Shown in pieces: positions 27,358 to 37,264 of a stretch of DNA of 64,000 nucleotides. Under the pieces are notes generated by a model. It did no database searches. It was given only the letters and a program-made list of their open reading frames with translations, and had not been told where the DNA came from. Each line of letters starts with the position of its first letter. The stretch's first letter is position 1. A program made the translations under genes and the position numbers. The DNA is from Alphaproteobacteria bacterium (GTDB lineage: Bacteria > Pseudomonadota > Alphaproteobacteria > CALKHQ01), in assembly GCA_965227515.1 (NCBI GenBank), contig CBDDFZ010000001.1, positions 2,944,001 to 3,008,000 of the forward strand. Reading direction: 5' to 3'.

Positions 27358-28461
27358 CTACGACTCGGGCGGCGGGGCCAGCTCCGGCTTCGGGCCGAGC
27401 CCATGGCGGCTGGTGCCGATGACATGGCGGAATTCGCCGACGATCAGCGGATCGGGCCCGTGGACGACATGCTCGTCCTTGTTCGGATATGGCAGGGACG
27501 CCAGGAAATGCTGCATGCAATTGATGCGCGCCCGCTTCTTGTCCGACGACTTGATGATGGTCCACGGCGCGTCGGCGGTGTCGGTGTAGAAGAACATCGC
27601 CTCCTTGGCCTCGGTGTAGTCGTCCCACTTTTCCAGCGACGCGCGGTCGATCGGCGACAGCTTCCATTGCTTCAGCGGATCGATCTGGCGCTGCCGAAAA
27701 CGGCGCTTCTGCTCGTCCTGGGTGACCGAGAACCAGTATTTGAACAGGCGAATGCCGCTGCGGGTCCACATCCGCTCCAGTTCCGGCACCTGCCGCATGA
27801 ACTCCAGATAGTCATTGGCGGTACAGAAGCCCATCACGCGCTCGACGCCGGCGCGGTTGTACCAGGAGCGGTCGAACAGGACCATTTCGCCCTCGGTCGG
27901 CAAATGGCGGACATAGCGCTGGAAGAACCATTGGCCCTTTTCGGACTCCGATGGCTTTTCCAGGGCCACGACTCTCGCGCCGCGCGGGTTCAGGTGCTCC
28001 ATGAAGCGCTTGATGGTGCCGCCCTTGCCGGCCGCGTCCCGGCCCTCGAACAGGATGATGATCTTCTGGCCGGTCTCGCGCACCCAGTGCTGAACCTTCA
28101 GCAGCTCGACCTGAAGCTCGACCTTGTGCTTCTCGTAGACCGCGCGCCGCATCTTGGTGTGGTAGGGGTACTCGCCATACTCGAACAGGCGGCGGATGGT
28201 CTCCGGGTCATGGCGCATCTCGGCCAGCTGATGCTGCGCCGATCCCGGTTCGGCGCCATCGGTTGGCAGGGGTGAGACGCCATCCGTCGCAACGGCGGCA
28301 ATGTTCTCGGTCTTGTCGGCGCCATTGGCTGGTGTCGCGCCATCTGCCGCCTTGGTGCTCTTGGCGGGCGCGGCTCTGCCGTTGGCCTTGCGTGCCACGG
28401 TGCACCGGGGCGCGCGTTTGGCGGTTGAAGCTGCCGGTTTGGCGTCTGCGTCTTTCTGCAT
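27358..28461 (-). CDS. ppk2: Polyphosphate kinase 2
   Basis: FEGRDAAGKGG, FDRSWYNRAGVERVMGFC, WKLSPID; start uncertain. Confidence 0.93.
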   Translation of the reverse strand: MQKDADAKPAASTAKRAPRCTVARKANGRAAPAKSTKAADGATPANGADKTENIAAVATDGVSPLPTDGAEPGSAQHQLAEMRHDPETIRRLFEYGEYPYHTKMRRAVYEKHKVELQVELLKVQHWVRETGQKIIILFEGRDAAGKGGTIKRFMEHLNPRGARVVALEKPSESEKGQWFFQRYVRHLPTEGEMVLFDRSWYNRAGVERVMGFCTANDYLEFMRQVPELERMWTRSGIRLFKYWFSVTQDEQKRRFRQRQIDPLKQWKLSPIDRASLEKWDDYTEAKEAMFFYTDTADAPWTIIKSSDKKRARINCMQHFLASLPYPNKDEHVVHGPDPLIVGEFRHVIGTSRHGLGPKPELAPPPES

Positions 28462-28785
28462 GTTGCACCCCGTTTTATTGGCTTCGTCTTGGTTCAAGTA
28501 TGCCTTTCCTAGGGTGACCGTTACGTTAGCGGCCGCATACGGACATGCCCATTTCGCCCGTTGTCGCAGGCGCGGCCCGCCGCAGGTGCGCGGTTCCAAC
28601 CGGCGCATCGCAATTTTCGAAACTTTTTTTGGCCCCGCTGCATCCAAACGCAGTTGCGTCGTGTCTCCAACCTGAGACGCGGCTCGGATGACCTGCCGAC
28701 CGTGCTCCGCGGGGATGTTGCTGCCATGTGCGTCGGCAGCCCGGCGATCAAAAAAAGCGCTAGACCTATCCGAGAGGAGTTTTCG

Positions 28786-29199
28786 ATGCTGAAATTTGCT
28801 GGTGTTTCGTTCTTCGCCGGTTCGTTGCTCGCCGCCGCCACGGCCCAGGCCGCTGGCCACTTGATGGTCTCCGCGGCCGATCAGGACGTCTCCGGCGGCA
28901 CCGTGACCGCCAGTGCCGTGCATACCGAGGCCAATGGCTGGCTGGTGGTGCACCGCACCGATGCCGAAGGCGCGCCAGGCCCTGTGGTCGGCCATGCGCC
29001 GCTGAAGGCGGGTGAGAACATGGACGTGACCGCGATCCTGACCGAGCCGGTGGCCAGCGGCGATATGCTGATGCTGATGATCCACGCCGAGGACGGCGGC
29101 AGCCAGACCGGCATCTTCGAATACACGCTGGGCGCCAGCGAGGACGGCCCGGTGCGCGAGGACGGCAATCTGGTCATGACGGTGATCACGGCGCAGTAG
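28786..29199 (+). CDS. Small secreted beta-rich protein
   Basis: GAGGAG RBS, signal peptide, GWLVVH, GPVVGHAPLKAG, MIHAE. Confidence 0.8.
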   Translation: MLKFAGVSFFAGSLLAAATAQAAGHLMVSAADQDVSGGTVTASAVHTEANGWLVVHRTDAEGAPGPVVGHAPLKAGENMDVTAILTEPVASGDMLMLMIHAEDGGSQTGIFEYTLGASEDGPVREDGNLVMTVITAQ

Positions 29200-29312
29200 C
29201 GCTGCGGATGTGCGGGGCCGGGCAGAGCGTGTCCGGCCCCGGTCTTTCGCCGCCGGTGGCTCCGCATCGCCTCCGGCAGCGCCCCAATCATGTCCCAGAA
29301 GGATACGTCCTC

Positions 29313-29909
29313 ATGACCATCCATAATGTCGACCGCCGCGTCTTCTTCGGCCGTTCCGGCCAGATCGCGCTTTCTGCAACCGCCATCGGCCTGCTGGCCG
29401 GGTGTTCCGCACGGGCCGCGAGCTCCGGCGCCGCCACCGCAAGCGCTGCCGGTTCCACCGAGGCCGACGTCGGCATCCTGAATGTTGCCCTGGGCTTGGA
29501 GCATGAAGCGATTGCCGCATACCAGGTCGGCGCGGAGAGCGGGTTGCTCTCGCAGCCGGTGCTGGACGCAGCGGTCCTGTTCCAGGGCCACCACAAGGCC
29601 CACCGCGACACCCTGACCGGCATCATCAACCAGATGGGCGGCACGCCGGTGCCGGCGGCGTCGAACGCGGATTATGCGGCGGCGTTGAACGCGGGTTCAC
29701 TGCAGACGGAAACCGACGTTCTGCGGCTGGCGCTGGAATTGGAGGAAGGTGCCGCCAACGCCTATCTGGGTGTCATCCCCAGCTTCTCCGACCCCGACCT
29801 GGCCCAGGCCTCCGGCCGACTCGCGGCCGACGAGACGATGCACTGGACGGTTCTGGCCAGCGTGCTCGGCGAGCCGTTGCCGACCGAGGCACTGACCTTC
29901 GGCGCCTGA
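29313..29909 (+). CDS. Ferritin-like domain protein with Tat-like signal
   Basis: DRRVFF, ILNVALGLEHEAIAAY, HKAH, LEEGAANAY, DETMH. Confidence 0.88.
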   Translation: MTIHNVDRRVFFGRSGQIALSATAIGLLAGCSARAASSGAATASAAGSTEADVGILNVALGLEHEAIAAYQVGAESGLLSQPVLDAAVLFQGHHKAHRDTLTGIINQMGGTPVPAASNADYAAALNAGSLQTETDVLRLALELEEGAANAYLGVIPSFSDPDLAQASGRLAADETMHWTVLASVLGEPLPTEALTFGA

Positions 29910-30084
29910 CCGCCGACCGGATCTCCCTGCGTCAGGGGGGGCGGAGAGTGGGATCGTGGGGGTCCACTTCAAGTCCGTCCTCCCCGGCGCGCCCGCCTGG
30001 TCGTCTGCGGCAGGTATATCGCAGGACCAGGCGGGTCGATCCCGGCCACAGGCCTCAGCGATCCCGCACTTCCTCCCCGACACG

Positions 30085-30114
30085 AAAAAAGGGCCGGCAC
30101 TTTCGTGCCGGCCC
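30085..30114 (-). terminator. Intrinsic terminator of the Sel1 gene
   Basis: A6 followed by GGGCCGGCAC-TTTC-GTGCCGGCCC on the + strand. Confidence 0.75.
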
Positions 30115-30147
30115 TGCCACTTTCGCCGCGATCTTTCGGTCAAGCGT

Positions 30148-31089
30148 TCAGTACGTCACCTGGGCGATCTTGGAGATCAGCTCCTCACGCTCGTCGCCAG
30201 CCGGCATCGCGTCCGCGGCCCGCTCCCACTGCATGCGTGCGTCCTCGACTCGCCCGGCCGCCATATAGGCATCGCCAAGCCGCTCGATGACGGTCCAATC
30301 GCCGTCGTACATATTGATCGAGCGCTCAAGCTGGGTGATCGCCTGGTCGTACTCGCCGCGCTGGTAGTAGACCCAGCCGAGCGTGTCGATGTGCGAGGGG
30401 TTGGGGTGCAGTGCCACAGCCTGCTCCGCCAGCTCCAGCGCCTCGTCGAGCCGCTCGCCATTGGTAGCCAGCATCCAGGCCAGGTTGTTCATGGCACCCG
30501 GATAGCCCTGCATGATGGCCTCGCGGTACCACGCCTCGGCCGTCTCCAGGTCCTGGGTCACGCCAAGCCCGTTCTCATAGAGGTAGCCAAGGTTGCGCTG
30601 CGCGTAGATGTCGTTCTGGGCCGCGGCGGCGCGGTACAGCCGCTCGGCCTCGGTGAAGTCCTGGGCCACGCCGGCGCCGCGCTGGAACAGCACGCCCAGC
30701 TTCACCTGCGCATAGGCGACTCCAGCCTCGGCAGCCTCGGCGAACCAATGCGCCGCCGTCTCCATGTCGCGATCCACGACCTGGCCCTGCTCGTAATACA
30801 TGCCCAGGTTGATCTGCGCCCGGGATTCGCCGTTTTCCGCCGCCATGGTGAACCATTCGACGGCCTGTGCGGGGTCGCGGTCGACGCCGCGACCGCTGTG
30901 GTACATCTGACCGATGTAGTATTGCGCGCTGGCATTGCCTTCCTCGGCCAGGGGCAGCAGCTCGGAGAACGCGGTCTCGAAGTCTCCGACATTGTATGCG
31001 TGCACGCCCGAGAGATAGCCGGCGTCTGCGCTGAGGGGCAGAGCGGCCGATATGCACAAGGCAGCAAGGGTGCGGCGAATGCCTTTCAT
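30148..31089 (-). CDS. Secreted Sel1/TPR repeat protein
   Basis: Repeated AQ..LG.MY..G.GV..D...A..W; HIDTLGWVYY TPR. Confidence 0.92.
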   Translation of the reverse strand: MKGIRRTLAALCISAALPLSADAGYLSGVHAYNVGDFETAFSELLPLAEEGNASAQYYIGQMYHSGRGVDRDPAQAVEWFTMAAENGESRAQINLGMYYEQGQVVDRDMETAAHWFAEAAEAGVAYAQVKLGVLFQRGAGVAQDFTEAERLYRAAAAQNDIYAQRNLGYLYENGLGVTQDLETAEAWYREAIMQGYPGAMNNLAWMLATNGERLDEALELAEQAVALHPNPSHIDTLGWVYYQRGEYDQAITQLERSINMYDGDWTVIERLGDAYMAAGRVEDARMQWERAADAMPAGDEREELISKIAQVTY

Positions 31090-31259
31090 GGCGTGGATCC
31101 TATATCGCTGATGACACGTTTCGCTGATGACGCGGGGTCGCGGACGACCGAAGCGGGCAAGGTTGTCGCCGATCAATGTGGCGCCCATATGTTCCGGCCT
31201 GGGCCGGTCGTGGGCAATTAGCATAAGTGGTTATTTTTCAATATGTTGATGTCATATAG

Positions 31260-31274
31260 TTAACGTAGAGTTAA
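31260..31274. promoter_or_regulatory. Perfect CtrA-type box
   Basis: TTAA-CGTAGAG-TTAA in an AT-rich divergent intergenic region. Confidence 0.65.
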
Positions 31275-31490
31275 TGGCGCTGTGCACGTCCGCATTGTTT
31301 CCGCGCCGCAGCCGCCAAGTGGTCACGCCGCGGTCGCAAATCCGTCCGAATTCGAGATCACAACACAGTCCACGGCCGGTTGCCCCGCCGTTGCTCGTCG
31401 AGCGAGGCGGTCGGCATGCCCATGAGGTTCGACGGTGAGCCGTCGGGGCAGGCCAATCGGATGGGCCAATTGGATGGGATGGAGAATTAA

Positions 31491-32264
31491 ATGACGCGCT
31501 TGATTGCCCTGAGTACCGTGGCGTTGTCGGCACTGGCTTCGGTCATCGCCATGTCGCCGGTCAGCGCCGGCGAGATCGGCGAGCCCGAGTTTGGCGCCGA
31601 TCCGGCCATGGGCTGCGAGACCATGGAATTGGAGGTCGTGTCGGACAAGTGCATACACCCGATCGACCTGAGCAATGGCGCGGACGCGGCGACGCTGGCT
31701 GCGATGTCGGAGCGAGTGATCCTGGCCGCGCAGATGGCCGATTTCGCCGCGACATACGATTCGGCCCTGGTGATGACCGCCGCGGCAGCGATGCTGAGCG
31801 ACGTGTCGCTGGCCGAGATCGAGGAGGCTTCCCGCCACCGGGTGGATAATGTGGAAGGCCTGTCCGCCGACACCATGCTGGACCGGGCGCGGGCGCTGGC
31901 CGGCGACGATCAGATCGTGCTTGGCCTGATCGACGACCTGGCGCTGACGAGCGATCGCGGCAGCGACTTCGATATCGCCGGCTACGACGGCTTCGGCGGC
32001 GAAAGCTGGGTCGACGCGGGCGATGCGCAGGTGTTCCGGCGCGCCTACGGCGTCGATACCGAGGCGCAGGTCACGCTGGTGGGCCAGGGCAGCCACGCGA
32101 TCTCGGTGACCGTGTTCGATGCGAACGGCGACGTCGTGTGCGTCGGCGAGGCCAACACCGGCGCCAACGTGTGCTCGTTCGTCGCCTATGCCGACCAGGA
32201 CTACGCCATCCACGTGGTCAACAACGCCGACACACCCTCCGCCTTCACGATCTGGACCAACTGA
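31491..32264 (+). CDS. Secreted acidic protein with C-terminal PPC-like beta domain (paralog 1)
   Basis: Signal peptide; VFDANGDVVC; ends FTIWTN. Confidence 0.75.
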   Translation: MTRLIALSTVALSALASVIAMSPVSAGEIGEPEFGADPAMGCETMELEVVSDKCIHPIDLSNGADAATLAAMSERVILAAQMADFAATYDSALVMTAAAAMLSDVSLAEIEEASRHRVDNVEGLSADTMLDRARALAGDDQIVLGLIDDLALTSDRGSDFDIAGYDGFGGESWVDAGDAQVFRRAYGVDTEAQVTLVGQGSHAISVTVFDANGDVVCVGEANTGANVCSFVAYADQDYAIHVVNNADTPSAFTIWTN

Positions 32265-32328
32265 GCGACGGTCCCTGTCCCTCTGCGTTCGCGCGCAATC
32301 CGTTGCAAAGCGTTTGGATCGTGTGGAC

Positions 32329-32364
32329 AACGCCCCGCCCTCGCGGCGGGGCGTTCGTCTTTTT
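32329..32364 (+). terminator. Intrinsic terminator
   Basis: AACGCCCCGCC-CTCGC-GGCGGGGCGTT then a T run. Confidence 0.7.
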
Positions 32365-32430
32365 GTCGCGATGACAGGTCCGCGGCCCCATTGGCGGTGC
32401 GGCCCTATGACAGTTCGCGCCGCCCGCAGC

Positions 32431-32470
32431 TTGGCGATTGGTGGGTTGGCGATTGGCGGCTTGGCGATTG
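32431..32470. repeat. 15-bp-period repeat TTGGCGATTG x3
   Basis: Units at 32431, 32446 and 32461. Confidence 0.8.
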
Positions 32471-32742
32471 ATTGCCGCCGAGCTTGGTATTACACCGGCG
32501 CAAGTCCTTGGCTGCGGCGTCCGCGGCAGCACCGGCACAGGTGCATGCGAACGACCCGGCCATCCAATCAAGCCCTACAAGTGTCTCGGTTCCGGCCTAT
32601 TCCCGGGTCGATTGCTCCGAAAGTTGACACATTCATTGGAGAGATTGCACACATTGCCGGTGACGAGACGGATCACCTCCTGACGTCATCGCCTTCACGA
32701 CTGTTATGACGTGAACTTGGTCTGATCCGTAAACTCTGGAGG

Positions 32743-33444
32743 ATGTCAATGACTGACGCGCGGCGCTTGACCGTAGGTTTTGCTACCGCCCTGGCGATGA
32801 CCACCGGCCTTGCCGGTGCCTCGTTCGCCGATGCAATCGTGAACGCCACGGACGACAAGCCGCTCGGCGCCGAAGCCATGGAGGGCATCCATGAGCTGAC
32901 GCTGGCCCAGCAGCTTGCCATCTACGGCGTTGAGAATGACGACGCGATGTCGTTGATCGTCGCCGCCTCGATCATGGACCGCTACCTGCTGTCCGACAGC
33001 GAAGTCCAGGCGCGTGAGGTCAACGGCGAGCCGACCGACGTGCCGATGGTGATCTCCAGCGTCGACGACATGCTGCTCGCGGCACGCGATCTGGCTGGCG
33101 ACCGCCAGGACCTGATCGCGCTGATCGAGGATGTCGAGGCCGGCGGTTCCCGTGGCTCCATGTACGGCGAAGGCGCGTACGAGGACTGGATCGGCCCGTT
33201 CGGCACCGCCGCCTATGACGAGGCGTTCTATGGCGGCGATCGTGCCATTGTCGTGCTGAACGGCTGGGACGACACCGACCTGGACCTCTACGTCTACGAC
33301 GAGTACGGCAACCTGATCTGCGAGAGCATCAGCTACACGTCCTCGGAGTACTGCGAGTGGACCCCGCGTTGGGCCGGCTCCTTCACCATCATGGTGTCGA
33401 ACAACGACGGCGCGCAGAACTCGTTCTCTCTGTGGACCAACTAG
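32743..33444 (+). CDS. Secreted acidic protein with C-terminal PPC-like domain (paralog 2)
   Basis: GGAGG RBS; DTDLDLYVYDEYGNLIC; ends FSLWTN. Confidence 0.8.
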   Translation: MSMTDARRLTVGFATALAMTTGLAGASFADAIVNATDDKPLGAEAMEGIHELTLAQQLAIYGVENDDAMSLIVAASIMDRYLLSDSEVQAREVNGEPTDVPMVISSVDDMLLAARDLAGDRQDLIALIEDVEAGGSRGSMYGEGAYEDWIGPFGTAAYDEAFYGGDRAIVVLNGWDDTDLDLYVYDEYGNLICESISYTSSEYCEWTPRWAGSFTIMVSNNDGAQNSFSLWTN

Positions 33445-33495
33445 TCACGGTGCGCACCTGATGCGTGCCGTTTGAGACGGGTTGTCTTGAGCGAA

Positions 33496-33528
33496 GCGGG
33501 CGGTCCCTCGGGGCCGCCCGTTTTGTTT
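33496..33528 (+). terminator. Intrinsic terminator
   Basis: CGGGCGGTCC-CTCG-GGGCCGCCCG then TTTTGTTT. Confidence 0.65.
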
Positions 33529-33560
33529 GGGGCCAGGCTGGGCGCGCCGCCGGTCGTGCG

Positions 33561-34367
33561 TCAGCGCACGTTGACGATGCGCGGGCCGTTGCCGCCCCCG
33601 TTGCCACCGCCGCCGGAGACGACCACGCCCTGCGACCCACCGCCATCGCCGCGCACGACGCTGGTGCCGTTGGTTCGCGCAGGCGAGATGTTGACTACAC
33701 GGGCCGGGCCGCTGGTCGGCGGGGGCGGGGGCGCTGTCGCCGCCACCGTGGCGGTGCTGACACCGCCGCCGCCGTTCTCGCAGGGCAGGGTGAAGCCCGC
33801 ATTGGCGGCAGCCAGGGTGGCCGCCACCGCGCACACATAGGGCTCCTGGTAGACCTGGGCGCTTGAGTGGTAGTAGCCCACAGCGTCCTCCCAGGCGGAG
33901 GTGCCGTCGCGCAGGCTCTTCAGGAAGCGCGCCGCATAGTCGGCATTGGTGACCGGATTGAACGCCTCGTCCAGGTCGGCGAACGCATCCGGGTGCCAGC
34001 GCAGATTGACCTGCATGCAGCCGACGTCGATCGACTCCATGCCGAGCGACTGCAGCTCGACCACCTTGGCGATGGCGTCTGCCTTGCTGTCGAAGAAATA
34101 GGGGGTGCCGGCCGCGTTGATGGCCCACGGCGTGTAGCCGCTCTCCACGAATCCGATGGCGGCGAGCAGTTCGTGGGGGACGCCATGGGTGTCGGCGGCG
34201 AGCGCGATGGCCGCTTCGCACGAGATGTCGTCGGCCGCGGCCACCGTGCGGGCCTCGGCTTCGGGCGCGATGTCCAGGATCTCGGCCGCGCCGGGCTCTT
34301 GCGCGTGCGCCGGGGCAGCGGCCCACAGGGCCACGGCCGGCAGCAACCACTTCGCCCGTGCGTCCAT
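33561..34367 (-). CDS. Lytic transglycosylase (SLT domain)
   Basis: AIGFVESG, PWAINAAG, SIDVGCMQVN, AVGYYHS. Confidence 0.9.
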   Translation of the reverse strand: MDARAKWLLPAVALWAAAPAHAQEPGAAEILDIAPEAEARTVAAADDISCEAAIALAADTHGVPHELLAAIGFVESGYTPWAINAAGTPYFFDSKADAIAKVVELQSLGMESIDVGCMQVNLRWHPDAFADLDEAFNPVTNADYAARFLKSLRDGTSAWEDAVGYYHSSAQVYQEPYVCAVAATLAAANAGFTLPCENGGGGVSTATVAATAPPPPPTSGPARVVNISPARTNGTSVVRGDGGGSQGVVVSGGGGNGGGNGPRIVNVR

Positions 34368-34538
34368 GTTCACCAATTCCCCGAACCGTCGGCGTGTCCG
34401 GCACAGATCGCGGTTGCGCTGCGCCACCTGCAGCATTGCCGGATCGGGGTTAGCAATTCGTCAATCGCGGCCCTTCAGGCGTTCAGGCGCCCCGCATCAT
34501 GTCCGGTGCATCATGCCCGGCCCATCATGTTCGCCGCA

Positions 34539-35204
34539 TTATTTCTGGCGGCGCGCCAGGGTCAGCCCATCGCCGATCGGCAGCAGCGACACGCTGACCC
34601 TCTCGTCTCCGGCGATGCGCCGGTTCAGGTCGCGAATCGCCAGCGTCGACTCATCCTCGATCTGCGGATCGGCCACCTTGCCGCCCCACAGCACATTGTC
34701 GACCAGCACCACGCCGCCGGGCCGCACCAGCGTCAGGCACTGTTCGTAATAGGTGACGTAGTTGGTCTTGTCGGCGTCGATGAAGGCCATGTCGAAGGTG
34801 GCGGCCTGGCCGTCGTCGATCAGCGCCTGCAGGGTCTCGGTCGCCGGCGCGATGCGCAGGTCGATGCGGTCTGCCACGCCCGCCTTCTTCCAGGCCTGCC
34901 GGCCAATCGCGGGGTTGGTGTTGTCGACATCGCAGGCGACGATCAGCCCGTCGTCGGCCATGGCCTGGGCCAGCGCCAGCGTTGTGTAGCCGGTGAACAC
35001 GCCGACCTCGATGACGCGCCGGGCGTCGATCAGCTCCGCCAGCAGCGCCATGAACTGGGCCGACTCGACCGACGAGCGCATGCCGGCGCCGGGCTGCCGG
35101 TCGCTGACCGCGCGCAGGGCGGCGAGCTCGGGCGATTCGCGCAGGCTGACCGACAGCAGATACTCGTGCAGCCGGGACGTCAGGTTGATGGATCGTTGCG
35201 CCAA
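34539..35204 (-). CDS. Class I SAM-dependent O-methyltransferase (CCoAOMT-like)
   Basis: IEVGVFTGY, FDMAFIDADK, VDNVLWGG. Confidence 0.93.
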   Translation of the reverse strand: MAQRSINLTSRLHEYLLSVSLRESPELAALRAVSDRQPGAGMRSSVESAQFMALLAELIDARRVIEVGVFTGYTTLALAQAMADDGLIVACDVDNTNPAIGRQAWKKAGVADRIDLRIAPATETLQALIDDGQAATFDMAFIDADKTNYVTYYEQCLTLVRPGGVVLVDNVLWGGKVADPQIEDESTLAIRDLNRRIAGDERVSVSLLPIGDGLTLARRQK

Positions 35205-35228
35205 GAAAGCCCCCCTCGTTCGCCGCCG

Positions 35229-36125
35229 CTATTCCAGCGTCAGGGCGACTCGAAACCCATTGTACGAAGAGCGCTCGTCGATGCCGACGAAGCCGCGCTC
35301 GGGCAGCCGCACCTCTTCGGGCAGTCCGCGCGCAGCACCGCCCCGGAACATGCGCTCCTCGCAATTGCCGCTCAGCCACGCGGACCCGTCGTTCGGCGCC
35401 AGGTTATAGCTGTCGTTGGCGCAGTCCTCGACATACTCGTAGACATTGCCCAACACGTCGTAGAGGCCGAACGGATTTGGCCGCAGGCTGCCGACCGGGG
35501 AGTGAATGTCGAACCCGTCGGTGCAGTCGGCGGTGATCCAGTCCGGGAAGCTGGCCAGCGCGGTCCGGTCGGCGACGTTGGCGAACTGGCAACCGTCATC
35601 AATGGTGCCGGGCCAGAAGAACGACCCCTCCGCACCTCCGCGCGCCGCATATTCCCACTCCGCCTCGGTGGGCAGGCGATAGGGCTGGCCGGTATGGCGC
35701 GCCAGCCACTGCACATACTCCTTCGCATCGTTCCACGACACGTCGACAACCGGCATGTCTCCACGGCCGAATCCGTAGTCGTCGGGCTCGTGGGTGCATC
35801 CGCCATAGGCGACGCAAGCCTCCCAGTCGTCAAAAGTGACTTCGTGGCGGCCGATGGCGAACGGCTGGGCGATGTTGACCGAGTGGCGGGGCAACTCGAA
35901 CGATCGTGCGTCCGGGTCGCCGCGCATGCCGCCCATTTGGAACGTGCCGGCCTGGACGATCACCATCTCCGGGCAGACGGTGCAGTCCTGAAAGCTGCTC
36001 ACGGGGTCCTCGTCGCGCCCGGTCAAGAGCTGGGCGTCGCCGGCCGAGGGGGCCAGCGTCAGCACAGCGGCGCACGCGGCCGCGGCGCCCCATGTCCGTC
36101 CGAGAACCCATTGACGCAATTGCAT
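35229..36125 (-). CDS. Formylglycine-generating enzyme (SUMF1) domain protein
   Basis: DC..CPEMV, YRLPTEAEWEYAARGG, PNPFGLYD.LGNV.E, GFRVA. Confidence 0.92.
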   Translation of the reverse strand: MQLRQWVLGRTWGAAAACAAVLTLAPSAGDAQLLTGRDEDPVSSFQDCTVCPEMVIVQAGTFQMGGMRGDPDARSFELPRHSVNIAQPFAIGRHEVTFDDWEACVAYGGCTHEPDDYGFGRGDMPVVDVSWNDAKEYVQWLARHTGQPYRLPTEAEWEYAARGGAEGSFFWPGTIDDGCQFANVADRTALASFPDWITADCTDGFDIHSPVGSLRPNPFGLYDVLGNVYEYVEDCANDSYNLAPNDGSAWLSGNCEERMFRGGAARGLPEEVRLPERGFVGIDERSSYNGFRVALTLE

Positions 36126-36238
36126 TCGATCGCACTCCCTTGCTCAGCGAACGCATCCAGCGTCTACGGTTAATGACACCGCCCGCCGATGACAAGCCAC
36201 CGATGGCAAGTTGGCCAAAATGCCTGCCGAATGTGGCC

Positions 36239-37018
36239 CTATGACCGTGGCTTGACCCCAACCACGGCGTGGTCGTCCACCCGCGACAGGAACAGCGCGA
36301 TCCGGTGCGCGGCGAGATAGTCGTCAACCGCCTTGCGGCTGCCCAGCCAGCGGTTGTAGTCGTCGACCAGCAATATGCCGCCGGGCACCAGCTTCGGGTA
36401 CAGGTGCTCCATCTCCACCCTGGTCGATTCGTACCAGTCGGTGTCCAGGCGCAGCAGCGCGATATCGCCAATCTCGGCGGGTGGCACGGTGTCCTCCACC
36501 ATGCCTTCGATCAGATGCAGGCGCTCGGACGGATAGCCGGTGCGGGCAAGGTTGCCGGCCACCTCGTCCTTGCCATAGGAGATCCAGTTGCACACACCGT
36601 CTTTCAGGCGCTTTTTGTACTGCACCATCGCCTGCTTGCCGTGGACGCTAACGTCCTCCTTGGTCGGTTCCGACATGCCGGCGAAGGTATCGAACAGATA
36701 GATGTCGCGTTCGGCGTCGCCCATCTCCTGCAGCACGGTGGCGGCCGCCATCATCGATCCGCCAGGGCCCACGCCGCATTCCACGATCGCGCCGGGCACC
36801 CGGGCGGCCGCGACATACCGCACCGACTGCTCTAGCACCGCCATGCGCTCCTTCGAGGTCATGGTGTAGGGGCCGCAGGTCTCCCACAGCTTGCGGGTGA
36901 AGGCGGAGAAGTCCTGGGGAAACTCGGGCGGCAGCTCTTTCATGCCGGGCGGTGCCAGGAGCTTTCGTTTCGCGCGGTCGAATTCGCGCGAGATATTGAC
37001 GGCGAGGCGTTTCAGCAT
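36239..37018 (-). CDS. TylF/MycF/NovP family O-methyltransferase
   Basis: VPGAIVECGV, LFDTFAGM, LLRLDTDWYEST, VDDY. Confidence 0.92.
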   Translation of the reverse strand: MLKRLAVNISREFDRAKRKLLAPPGMKELPPEFPQDFSAFTRKLWETCGPYTMTSKERMAVLEQSVRYVAAARVPGAIVECGVGPGGSMMAAATVLQEMGDAERDIYLFDTFAGMSEPTKEDVSVHGKQAMVQYKKRLKDGVCNWISYGKDEVAGNLARTGYPSERLHLIEGMVEDTVPPAEIGDIALLRLDTDWYESTRVEMEHLYPKLVPGGILLVDDYNRWLGSRKAVDDYLAAHRIALFLSRVDDHAVVGVKPRS

Positions 37019-37264
37019 GCTGTCCGGGTGTGGGTTGTCGGTGGGAGTGTCGGGCGTGGCGAACGAAAACGCCGGTGCAGGGCCGCACGGCGCGCGGTGA
37101 CTCATCGGCGTCGCATGGTATTAGAACATCGTCGCGGCGGCGTGCGATGAAATTCGCAGCCGTCGACGGTTCCGCGCTTGCGCGACTGCGGGGAGGGGAC
37201 CTGCTTTTCCCGGCGCGACGCACGACGGGCAACATGAAACGACGGGCAACGTGAAAGGACGCAC

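Noticed and set aside
28462-29085. Long N-terminal extension of ppk2 in the ORF track
   Set aside because: Overlaps the divergent promoter region and the + strand gene at 28786; not PPK2-like.
31321-31450. c-di-GMP-I riboswitch (starts GGTCACGC..., hairpins present)
   Set aside because: Lacks the GAAA tetraloop and GACGCAAAGCC core; the resemblance is superficial.
33867-36173. 768-aa + strand ORF and similar long antisense ORFs (82-1527, 12727-14808, 56554-58587, 61451-63061)
   Set aside because: Shadow frames opposite well-supported genes in high-GC DNA, with no recognisable motifs.
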